DNA of 64,000 bases, taken from NCBI GenBank assembly GCA_030141605.1, contig JAQGDQ010000215.1, positions 310,001 through 374,000 of the forward strand, read 5' to 3'. This stretch comes from Tubiluchus corallicola. Taxonomy: Eukaryota > Animalia > Priapulida. A program made the position numbers and the translations under genes. Under the pieces are notes generated by a model. It did not search any database. It was not told the origin of the DNA and saw only the letters and a program-made list of their open reading frames with translations. This document shows, in pieces, positions 14,840-26,288 of this stretch (positions are counted from its first letter, which is position 1; every line of letters begins with the position of its first letter).

Positions 14840-15139
14840 GCGTAGTGTATAAGCTTCGAACTTCAGTTCATATGGAAACAACTAAAGTAAATGTTGTATT
14901 TTACTTTTTCCTTGGATGCAGTGGAATGGATTTCTTAAAAAAGTGTTTAACGTTAATTTAATTCGATTTTATTTTGTGAATAAGGCAGACCATAAAGAGC
15001 TTTCTTTATCTTGTTTTTAAATGTTAATGCTAAAGGAAAGAATCTCACGTTTTTCGTGGCGTCCTCATTGATTTTTATAAGAATAAAGTCGTCTTCCTCT
15101 CCACTGCCCAATGTGCCCATTCCTAAGAAAGTCGCTCAT

Positions 15140-16230
15140 ATGGTAAACCTTTGCTACGACAGTAACTGCACTAACACACGTAGGCTAGCAACATGGTAAA
15201 CCTTTACAACGACAGTAACTTCACTAACATACCTACGTATGTTAGTGAAGTTACTGTCGTTGTAAAGGTGCTAGCAACATTGGAAACCTCTGCTGCAAGA
15301 CTAACTACACTAACATACGTAGGCTAGCAACATGGGAAACCTCTGCTACGAGACTAACTACACAAACATACGTAGGCTAGCAACATGGGAAACGTCTGCT
15401 ACGAGAGTAACTACACTAACATACGTAGGCTAGCAACATGGGAAACCTTTGCTACGAGACTAATTACACTAACATACGTAGGCTAGCAACATGGGAAACG
15501 TCTGCTACGAGAGTAACTACACTAACATACGTGGGCTAGCAACATGGTAAACATCTGCTACAAGACTAACTACACTAACATACGTAGGCTAGCAACATGG
15601 TAAGCCTCTGCTACGAGACTAACTACACTAACATACGTAGGCTAGCAAAATGGTAAACCTCTGCTACGAGACAAACTACACTAACATACGTAGGCTAGCA
15701 ACATGGGAAACCTCTGCTACAAGACTAACTACACTAACACACGTAGGCTAGCAACATGGGAAACCTCTGATACAAGACTAACTACACTAACATACGTAGG
15801 CTAGCAACATGGGAAACATCTGCTACGAGACTAACTACACTAACATACGTAGGCTAGCAACATGGGAAACCTCTACTACGAGACTAACTACACTAACATA
15901 CGTAGGCTAGCAACATGGGAAACGTCTGCTACAAGACTAACTACACTAACATACGTAGGCTAGTAACATGGTAAACATCTGCTACGAGACAAACTACACT
16001 AACATACGTAGGCTAGCAACATGGTAAACCTCTGCTACGAGACTAACTACACTAACATACGTAGGCTAGCAAAATGGTAAACCTCTGCTACGAGACTAAC
16101 TACACTAACATACGTAGGCTAGCAACATGGGAAACCTCTGCTACAAGACTAACTACACTAACATACGTAGGCTAGCAACATGGGAAACCTCTGCTACGAG
16201 ACTAACTATACTACCATACGTAGGCTAGCA
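15140..16230. repeat. 53-bp minisatellite, about 20 copies, with an internal inversion
   Basis: Unit CTAACTACACTAACATACGTAGGCTAGCAACATGGGAAACCTCTGCTACGAGA. Perfect hairpin at 15200-15269. Confidence 0.95.
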
Positions 16231-17140
16231 AGTAATACTGAACTTTCTGACAGCTATCATTTTCCCTGAATTTCAACGTGATAGACTCTTTGACCCTAGG
16301 AGACTTTAGTTCTGGACTATTTTGTTGGATCATTATTTCTCATTGGAAACCAGAACTCACGGTCTACAAAAATCTTGTGAAAAAGGAGTATGAAAACCGG
16401 CTTCACAAATGGAGTGAAGTGTAATTAATTCCTTTACACGTGCTAGTTATAATGCTCAAGAAGCCGCTGCGAACATCCATTTCATTAATAACTGTTCACT
16501 GACAAACAGCGGAAACGATAATACTTCCGGTTTGGACAGAACTATAACGCAAGTGATGCACGGCGTCTTCCTTTGTGCGGATATTGCGTTTTAAAGGCAG
16601 ATCCAAGAAACGAACAACGTGCGTACACACGAGTACTGCCTCTGAAGTAGTAATAATAAGTCTGTTAATTACTTGCATGTTTTGGTAACAATCACAGGTA
16701 ATTATGTTTCCACAGGTGTAATGTACACGCTCAAACCAAAGTTGCGTTCCCATATCTATGTTAGTTTATACTGCAAAAATACAAATTTTCTGTAGTCTAC
16801 AATTACTACATCTACAAATCTACTGAAATAAGTGCAAGAAAATAAGTGCTACAGATTACTATGTTACACTAAAAAGCTAAAATGCATACATACATTGTTG
16901 ATCCAATATTGAGTCGAGAAAAAGGCAGAATGTCAGTAAAAGGTAGCAGTATAATTATAAGTGAAATTCTAAATGTAACAGAGACGTGTGTACATAACAA
17001 GTTCCACCTACACAATGTCAGAGTAGAAAAAGTAGTCTAGCTTGTTGAACTACAGTCTAATATATTGTGGCTTCCAATGCATATACTACCTTGAGAAGGG
17101 GTAATGGACCAAAACATTTGTCCCTGCAACAACAGGTATT

Positions 17141-17443
17141 TTTCACAAAGTTGATGATTTCTCTTTTCCTGTCGTTATGTATACTTTTTCTTCTAGTAAT
17201 ATTCCACTTAAGATAGGTTATAATGTGTTTTCTGGTCAATTATTTAGGCATGCCAGGTTATGTTCTAGTAAGCAGGTGTTTTTGGTTAGGGCAGCTAGCT
17301 TGTGTAAAATAATGTCCAATAGGGGGGGTTACTCTACGATGAGTCCTCTTCGTTCTTATGAAAATGTTTTTAAAAGTCACCGTTTTCTTTTTTTTAAGTT
17401 TGGTTGGCGTTCAGTTAAGCAAGTGGCTGTTGCCTTGATGTGA
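17141..17443 (+). mobile_element. Penelope-like retroelement RT C-terminal fragment
   Basis: Translates FHKVDDFSFPVVMYTFSSSNIPLKIGYNVFSGQLFRHARLCSS...L...GY, matching the PLE motif YDKRDDFxFxIVNFPFLSSNIP...YGVYxSQLIRYARxCS. Confidence 0.8.
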
Positions 17444-17906
17444 TTTTGGTGATGAGAAACTTTTCTAGCCTTTTGACGCTTTGTGGTCATGTTGAAGGAG
17501 CCCCTTCTCTTTTTTGTCATTGTTGCAGTTGGTTTACGTTGATGTTCTGTGGGTGCTTTGTATTATGTGTTATGTCTGTAGTTGCCACTTTAACATCTAA
17601 GGTTGGGCAGTCAATGTATTATGTGTTATGTCTGTAGTTATCACTTCAACATCTAAGGTTGGGCAGTCAATGTGACTGGGTCCCCACCGGAAGAGTTTGA
17701 AGATAGTGAGAAGGGACCGAAATCTGAATCTTTTCGACGCCTGACCTGATGACCTTTTTCCTTTGGTGATAATTTTATGTGTGTGTCGTTTTAGATTCTA
17801 TGATTTGCAGTTGTCTTTGTCTCTTTTTGTTGTTTGTGTGTGGTGTTGATGTCATTGAAGTTTAATTCTGAAAACAGTTATCAGACAGAATTTGGTTGCA
17901 TTAAAA

Positions 17907-18692
17907 GACAAGGCGAGGCGAGGCAAGGCAAGGCAAGGCAAAGCAAGGCAAGACGAGACGCGATCCGACACGACATGACAAGTCAAGAGAAGAGGAGATG
18001 AGATGAAATGAGATGAGATGAGATGAGATGGGATGGGATGGGATGGGATGGGATAGGATGGCATAAGATAAGATAAGATAAGATAAGATAAGATAAGATA
18101 AGATAAGATAAGATAAGATAAGATAAGATAAGATAAGATAAGATAAGATAAGATAAGATAAGATAAGATAAGATAAGATAAGATAAGATAAGGTAAGATA
18201 AGATAAGATAAGATAAGATAAGATAAGATAAGATAAGATAAGATAAGATAAGATAAGATAAGATAAGATAAGATAAGATAAGATAAGATACGATACGATA
18301 CGATACGATACGATACGATACGATACGATACGATACGATACGATACGATACGATAAGATAAGTTAAGATAAGATAAGATAAGATAAGATAAGATAAGATA
18401 AGATAAGATAAGATAAGATAAGATAAGGTAAGATACGATAAGATCCAGTCAGGACAGCCGAGGTAAGATAAGGTGAGATGAGATGAGAGGAGAGGAGACG
18501 AGACGAGACGAGAGAAACTAACCTACTGATAGATTTTACCACATTTTTCTTCCCATCCCTCGTGGTATTTTCCAGCCATGAACTGGGATTTGCACGATGA
18601 GATGAGATGGGATGGGATGAGATGAGATGAGGGGAGAGGAGAGGAGAGGAGAGGAGAGGAGGGGAGAGGAGAGGAGAGGAGACGAGACGAGA
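17907..18692. repeat. Compound pentanucleotide microsatellite (AGGCA, GAGAT, GGGAT, AAGAT, CGATA, GAGAG)
   Basis: Directly visible. Includes a duplicated flank ACTGATAGATTTTACCACATTTT. Confidence 0.93.
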
Positions 18693-18807
18693 ACTAAACT
18701 ACTGATAGATTTTACCACATTTTCTTCCTACTGACTCTTCGAATTTAAGCCCAATAGAAAACGTGTGGTTGATTGTCAAGTTGCACCTGCAAGAGACCGA
18801 CTATACC

Positions 18808-19265
18808 AGAGGTGTGCAAATGATTTGACTAGCTGGGCCACATTAAACTTTCCCGCAATTCCTGCGGGCCGCAGGCAGTTTGATCAAGGTGCCAAGTACA
18901 GAAGGGCCTAATAACGATTTTTTTGCATCCGACCTGCGTACATCATTACTACTACACTCAAGAAACTATTTTAGAAGTTATTAAAATTTATATTACAAAC
19001 CAAATATTTCTACTTTCAGGACAGATAGTGGTAATTTCATTGCAATGCATATTAGTAATGTGTATCACACAGTCTATGTAGTACAGTGACATTAAGCTAC
19101 AACCGTCTTGTAAGGGTTTATGGCATCCGATCTAGTAGAAAAAACTACCCGCGCCATCTTTGGGATCGTGGCACGGACTTCAGCTGGATACACTCAATTA
19201 ATCGCCCGGGCCGCACTTTCATTAGGTTGACAAATCTCTTTGCGGGCCGCACAAATTCTCTCGGC
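18808..19265. mobile_element. Truncated hAT (Charlie-like) non-autonomous element
   Basis: 5' end CAGAGGTGTGCAAA and repeated GCGGGCCGCA subterminal motifs. No right TIR found. Confidence 0.5.
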
Positions 19266-19490
19266 GACATGCCGAGATCCAAATGTGGTAACATGACGCT
19301 CAGATTTCTGGAAGCTGCTGAAATTTCCTGGATTCCATGCCAAAACGAGTGGAGAAACTGATAAAAAATCAAGAGGCCATGTTATATAATGGAAAGTATG
19401 AGAGTGATTAAAATGAGAGTGTTTAACGTGCATTTTCGTTCATTTTGCATTAGTTAAATTAATTTTGCATTAATATAAATAAATAAATAA

Positions 19491-19526
<36 letters not shown>

Positions 19527-20120
19527 TTATTTATTTATATTAGTGCAAAATTAATTATATATATATATATATATTTATATTAATATATATATTAATCTTA
19601 GCTTAAAGAATACATGTTAATGAATTAAATATACATTATCATAATTAATTCAGTGGGTATAATTGTAGTAGATGACATTGGTATTATTTTTGTCGAATTT
19701 ACTTCCCAGTTAAGTGTAGTTTTTGTGATTAGAAATCTTCAGTACATTTGGTACGTAGCTATACAGGCCCTTTCACGTACGCTTGCTGATCAGCGTGAGA
19801 ATATGATTACGTTGGCACGATGACACGTCTTTAGGGAACTTCACTCATTACTAATAGCTGTCATTTTCGACCTACATTAGCAGCATCTCAGATTCACACA
19901 GGACAATGAAAGGCCTAATTATCTAGAAATTGCTTTTAGGAATAGGAAACGTTAAATTAAAGGTACCATGCGCAATAGATGAGCTTGAATGTTAACCTAT
20001 AGAATGCGCGTCATATAATGATGCCTAATTACAATGGTGTCTAACTTACTTGAAGCAAATTAGTGTTAAAAGACGTACAAAATAAATTAACCCAAATGAC
20101 TAGTTATTTATTAATCTTAA

Positions 20121-20506
20121 AGAAAAGAACAAGTCACTCAGTATGTTGAGTTTATTTTACTGTTATCACTCAAACTTAGAAAAATATAACAAAGAAAACT
20201 GTCTATAAAGAAAAATTGTAAAATATGCTACCTCTAAATAGAAATTTTCGGGCGTGATGGCTGCCGTCATTCACTTGAAAATTATGACATAACTGGGAGA
20301 CTTCGCGCTACTTTTCTTCAAGACGAATGACGTCATTGGAAGAAGAATTAATGTGAAAATGGGAGCGCCAAAGTTAAAGTGATCTCTACTTAAAGTGATT
20401 TTACTAGTTACGCGAGGCGATTACTGCAGTTTTATTACTAAATCCTTCTAACATTTTTCAAGAACATTAAAATATACTTAACGTTCCATAAAACTTGGCC
20501 TTTCAT
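20121..20506. mobile_element. Kolobok-like family A, copy 2 (internally deleted)
   Basis: TTAA|AGAAAAGAACAAGTC start. Colinear similarity to 11084-11612, e.g. GACGAATGACGTCATTGGAAGAAGAAT. Confidence 0.7.
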
Positions 20507-21343
20507 TCAATTTAAAGATTGTTTTATTTGTTAACGGAACGAACTCAAAGTTATTGTATTTTAAAAACCAAAAGAAGGAAATGTGAAAAAATGCAAATCG
20601 GGCCTAGATTTGAACGAGGGACCTTTGTGTTATAAGTTCATGGCCACAAATCACTAGGCTGTTCAGCACCCTGTGATCATGGCAAATCTTATTCCATTTT
20701 TTGTAGGATCCAACCAGCCTAAGATGTTTTATTACGCAAAAGTAATGACAATCTAGTTAAATTAACATAATCAAATTAATTCAGAGCCTAGGGTAATTAG
20801 TGACCATTTAACAGTTTATATTCTTAGTAACTTTCAATGTTATTTGCTAAGAATAAAATGAATCTACAATTATTAATTTTTTGAAATTAAACTTGTACGG
20901 AGGAAGGAAATGACAAAATGGCGGAATTGAGCCTGGGAATAATACAGTCATTTTCACACTTTTTTGTTAGGAAATTGCACAAAGTTTTTGTGGCGTATTA
21001 TTTGGGTCTGCGTTCCAGATCCGTACTGCTTGTGTGTGCAACAACAAACAACAGACTTTTTAGATCACAACTGCTTGTGCTGTGTTAATAAAAGTTATCT
21101 AGCTAAAATATATACAGACCTATTGCCTTCTCTACAGCTCTTAGCAAACTACGTAAAGATGTAATAGATAAAGAAAGCGTGAATACATGTATGTATACGT
21201 TAAAGGAAGTTGTTATTAACATACAAAGAAAATGTGGAAACGTGCACGTGCAAAAAATAGTCCGAACTCTTTACGTTTTGTAGATGCAAGTAAGGCCGGG
21301 TTAACCATAGGAAGCTTTTGTGGTCAAATGAGTAAGATTGTGG

Positions 21344-21620
<277 letters not shown>

Positions 21621-22465
21621 ATTTTACTTCAGACATTTACAGTCCATAGAACAATAAAAATAAGGCACAAGTAAACACACAGAGTTAGTTTACAGAAACA
21701 TAGTAAGCTTATCTACAAGAAAGGGTTAGTTAGAATGGGTATAGAAAATTCTTTGTTCTATCTAAAAATTGTATCAGTGTTGTACAATAGTTTTCTGACA
21801 TCCTGTGTGGTAGGATAATTTGCACCCTCGCATGCACTCACATGCGCACACGCATGCGTGCGCGCGACTGTTGCTCATGTGGCTGTAAAAGAAAGAAGAG
21901 AGGGATGTGTGTTGAAAGACACAATCACTTTTATTCTATGGGTAAACTGTTTTATTTATTCATTATAATCATATCTCCATAAAGTTATGTTAAAGATGTA
22001 TTTGTTTTTATAGTAAAAACTATATGACATGATCAGATAGTTACTTTATGTGACTTAGCGTAACACAATAATTGTACTAAATTGCGCATTCGTCTCAGCA
22101 TGTAGAGAGAGCGACATACGAGAGATGAAATCTCCAGAATACGAATGTAAAAATTTAATGAACTTCATTGCAATAATCAGTAGCTCCAAACTTGCAAAAG
22201 GAATGAAATATGAACAGACTTTTGTCAGAAGGTCTACAACATTCAGCCTACAGACAGAAAGGCCAGGCTGAAATTATCAAATTTGATCATGCATTCTGTT
22301 TTATGTTGCCCATGACGAATAAACAGATTCAAAACCTACAGTGCAATAATAATAAAAATCAAAAAATTCTGCTGTGAAGCAAAGTCTAAATAATGATATC
22401 TTATTCAATCTTATTCAATGAGAGATATAAGTATTAAGATGTTGCTTTATAACTACAATCTACAT

Positions 22466-25400
22466 TTATTCCCCAAATTCGAGGAACTTCGGATGGTGAT
22501 CTATTTGTTCACCTATTTTGACCTCAACACAAACCCCATTAAGACTGTCGTCTTCCACTAATCGAATAAATGCTTGAGCGACATCTACCGGCCTGAAAAA
22601 GAAAATCTGCATGAATGTATGTATAGTGTAAAGTCCACGACACGCTGCCCGACACGTGAGATGATATTTCACCAAGACCATGATATATTCACCAAAGATT
22701 CAGAGTTTTTGTGTATGAATTATTGCTATTCAACCCCAAAAATTTATACAATTTTTGAAGCTGAATGTATTAAGATGCTGTGGGTTTTATGCAGTTAGGC
22801 ACTAAGCAGTCTGGAATACGTCACGAACAACAGCTGGGTGATGTACATGATTGTGGCGGGATCAAAATCTAGCTTTTTATTAAGGGCAATCTTCTAAAAC
22901 GATCGAGACACACAGTACTGGTGGCTTGGATGTATTCCGACGCGTATTCGTTCTCCTCAACAAGGTAAACATCGAGCAGAGGTAGTATGGTAGCTGAAAA
23001 CACCCGGGAGTAGTATTCTCTGGCAGTCACTTACCGAATTATGAACTAAAGCAGTATTATTTAACTTTGAATCAACTACACACCGTGACTGCCAGTTAGT
23101 CCGCTCTCTCACAGCCCATAAACCTTCCCACGTTTAACTACAAACGAGATAATGAATTATTTTCACTTCTTGTATCCAGGTAATAAAGTCACAGGCAATA
23201 AAATCACAGAAAAAAGTTACAGGAAAAAACCACAAAACAGAAATAACCCTAACCTTAAAGCCGCACAGACACGGACACTGTCTATTGCGTCCGCACAGAC
23301 ATGGACTTTTCTGTTGCACGTTTTACGTCCGCAAAGTTGTTTCCATTGCGTCCGCACAGACACGGACTTTTCTGTCTGCACGTTTTACGTCCGCAAAGTT
23401 GTTTCCATTGCGTCCGCACAGACACGGACTTTTCTGTCTGCACGTTTTACGTCCGCAAAGTTGTTTCCATTGCGTCCGCACAGACACGGACTTTTCTGTC
23501 TGCACGTTTTACGTCCGCAAAGTTGTTTCCATTGCGTCCGCACAGTCACGGACTTTTCTGTCTGCACGTTTTACGTCCGCAAAGTTGTTTCCATTGCGTC
23601 CGCACAGACATGGACTTTTCTGTCTGCACGTTTTACGTCCGCAAAGTTGTTTCCATTGCGTCCGCACAGACACGGACTTTTCTGTCTGCACGTTTTACGT
23701 CCGCAAAGTTGTTTCCACTGCATCCGCACAGACACGGACTTTTCTGTCTGCACGTTTTACGTCCGCAAAGTTGTTTCCACTGCATCCGCACAGACACGGA
23801 CTTTTATGTCCGTAGTAATCTTGTAAAGTCTGTGATTTTCAGATTTCTTTTGTCATATAGAGCTGCTCTAATTTATATAACGTGTGTGATTTGGCAATTA
23901 AAGTGGGGATGCGTGCGTGTACGTGGCTTTCCGTGTGGACCCGTGCGTGTATGTGGCTTTTCGTGTGCATCCGTGCGTGTACCTGGCTTTTCGTGTGCAT
24001 CCGTGCGTGTACGTGGCTTTCCGTGTGCATCCGTGCGTGTACGTGGTTTTTCGTGTGGACCCGTGCGTGTACGTGGCTTTTCGTGTGCATCCATGCGTGT
24101 ACGTGGTTTTTCGTGTGCACCCGTGCATGTACGTGGCTTTTCGTGTGCATCCGTGCGTGTACGTGGTTTTTCGTGTGCACCCGTGCGTGTACGCGGCTTT
24201 CCGTGTGCATCCGTGCGTGTACGTGGTTTTTCGTGTGGACCCGTGCGTGTACGCGGCTTTCCGTGTGCATCCGTGCGTGTACGTGGTTTTTCGTGTGGAC
24301 CCGTGCGTGTACGTGGCTTTTCGTGTGCATCCGTGCGTGTACGTGGTTTTTCGTGTGCACCCGTGCGTGTACGTGGCTTTTCGTGTGCACCCGTGCGTGT
24401 ACGTGGCTCTTCGTGTGCATCCGTGCGTGTACGTGGCTTTTCGTGTGGACGCAGTGGAAACGACAAACACGGAAAATAATGATTTGCATTGGCGCGCTAG
24501 TTTTCGATTTTTTTCCGTATGAATCGTAAAAAAGTGTCTGCGCATGTCTGTGGAAACGCGGCCTAACCCTAGCCAAAATTGCGACCTTTTCCGTGACATT
24601 CTTTCCTGTAACTTTATTACCGGTCGCCTAACTGATACTCCTATGAAATACTCGAGTTTACTCACATCAAAAATTTCGCATGTTCCATAAATTTGTTGAC
24701 AAAATCAACAAACTCCGGTTGTGGTTTCAAGTCAGTAAAAAATGCAGTATCCACAGCATAGGGACAAACAGCGTTCACTCTGATGCCAGATCCTGGAACT
24801 TCTTTCATTGCGTATGTCTGAATTTGTGCAAAAAGAAAAAACTACTAAATTTTGTTCCTATGATTTTGGGGAAAGAGTCACACGCAAAAATAAATTTTTA
24901 ATGTACAAATATGTTAATAATCTTTCGCTTAATATGTATCACCATTTTTTCAGTTGTAATAGCAGTATGTATTCATATCAAACTCGACAATACCACAAAA
25001 TCTATGTTCCTAAGTGCAGAACAAACGTTATGGAGCATTCTGTCATGTATAATGGTGCTGTAATGTGGAATAATTTACCCAGTAAAATAAAACTAACCAG
25101 TAATATAAATAAATTTAAGAAACTTTAAAAAAATATTTACTAGAAAATATTTGATTTGATAAATGATGTAAGATGTAAATTTTTACCATAATTATACAAT
25201 TTTATCGTACTAATCAGGTTTTAATCTTTTTACCGGCACTTTTAATTTATTTGCACCTACTTGTGTGCTTATATTGTACTAACCATATACTATGTATTTT
25301 CTTCTTTTAGCAGTAATTTTACTTTCTGTACATTGTCAATACGTTTTACAATGTTTTTAATGGACATATAAGTCTCTGGACTTCACTTCTTAGATGTATT

Positions 25401-25784
25401 ATAAATAAATAAAAAAGTAAGAAGCAAGTTTTAATCTCTCGTTTCTCATAAATTATGAAATGATTGTGATAGAAAAAACGAATTCTTAAAATAAGAATCC
25501 GCTTGAGCAAAGAAATGGCTTTTATACAGACACAACATTTGTAACGCAGTTAAGATCGTGTTCATACAACAATCCACGTAAATAAAAACACAGTACAAAG
25601 AAGAAGAAGAATACAAAAATCAGCAATATCATCTATTTTATTCTAGTTCAAAGGGGTCCATTACCTGAGAGACAGTTTGCATAAATCCAACCACTCCAAA
25701 CTTTGTTGCACAGTATCCACTTGCTGAGGGTGGACCTGGAGCGAGTCCTAAAAATAAACGTAGCTATTTTAAGCCTGGGATCTG

Positions 25785-25855
<71 letters not shown>

Positions 25856-26157
25856 ATGCTCGTCACGTCTATTGTAGACATTGGACAGGCAGAATTCTAA
25901 AGTAAAAGAAATCTGCCTTCAGACAGGCAAACGCAGCAGTAATCCAGCAAAAAACTAAACACTGCTACGCCAGTGGCTCATCAGCACCACTTCCGAAAAA
26001 AGACTACCATTGTTAGGCCTAGAGCCGCCTTCACGACAGGCTCCAATATCCACCCCACATCCCGTTCCACGTGTCACGGTGTTATGTTAGGGCTTATACC
26101 ATTTTTATTTGCTCATTTTGAATGTATTAAGTTATAAATGTATATATATATATATAC

Positions 26158-26227
<70 letters not shown>

Positions 26228-26247
26228 ATATGTATATATGTATATAA

Positions 26248-26288
<41 letters not shown>

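Larger units (their letters stand above)
23179..24621. mobile_element. Foldback-type non-autonomous element enclosing two minisatellite arrays (HPGD intron 5)
   Basis: Inverted ends GGTAATAAAGTCACAGG (23179) / CCTGTAACTTTATTACC (24621), with TAACCCTA motifs inside both ends. Confidence 0.7.

Noticed and set aside
23152-24665. ORFs of 176-392 aa on both strands
   Set aside because: They come from the 62-bp and 30-bp arrays inside SDR intron 5.
25955-25990. Hammerhead ribozyme on the minus strand (CTGATGAGCCACTGGCGTAG)
   Set aside because: GTAG replaces the essential GAAA, and no stems I or III are evident.
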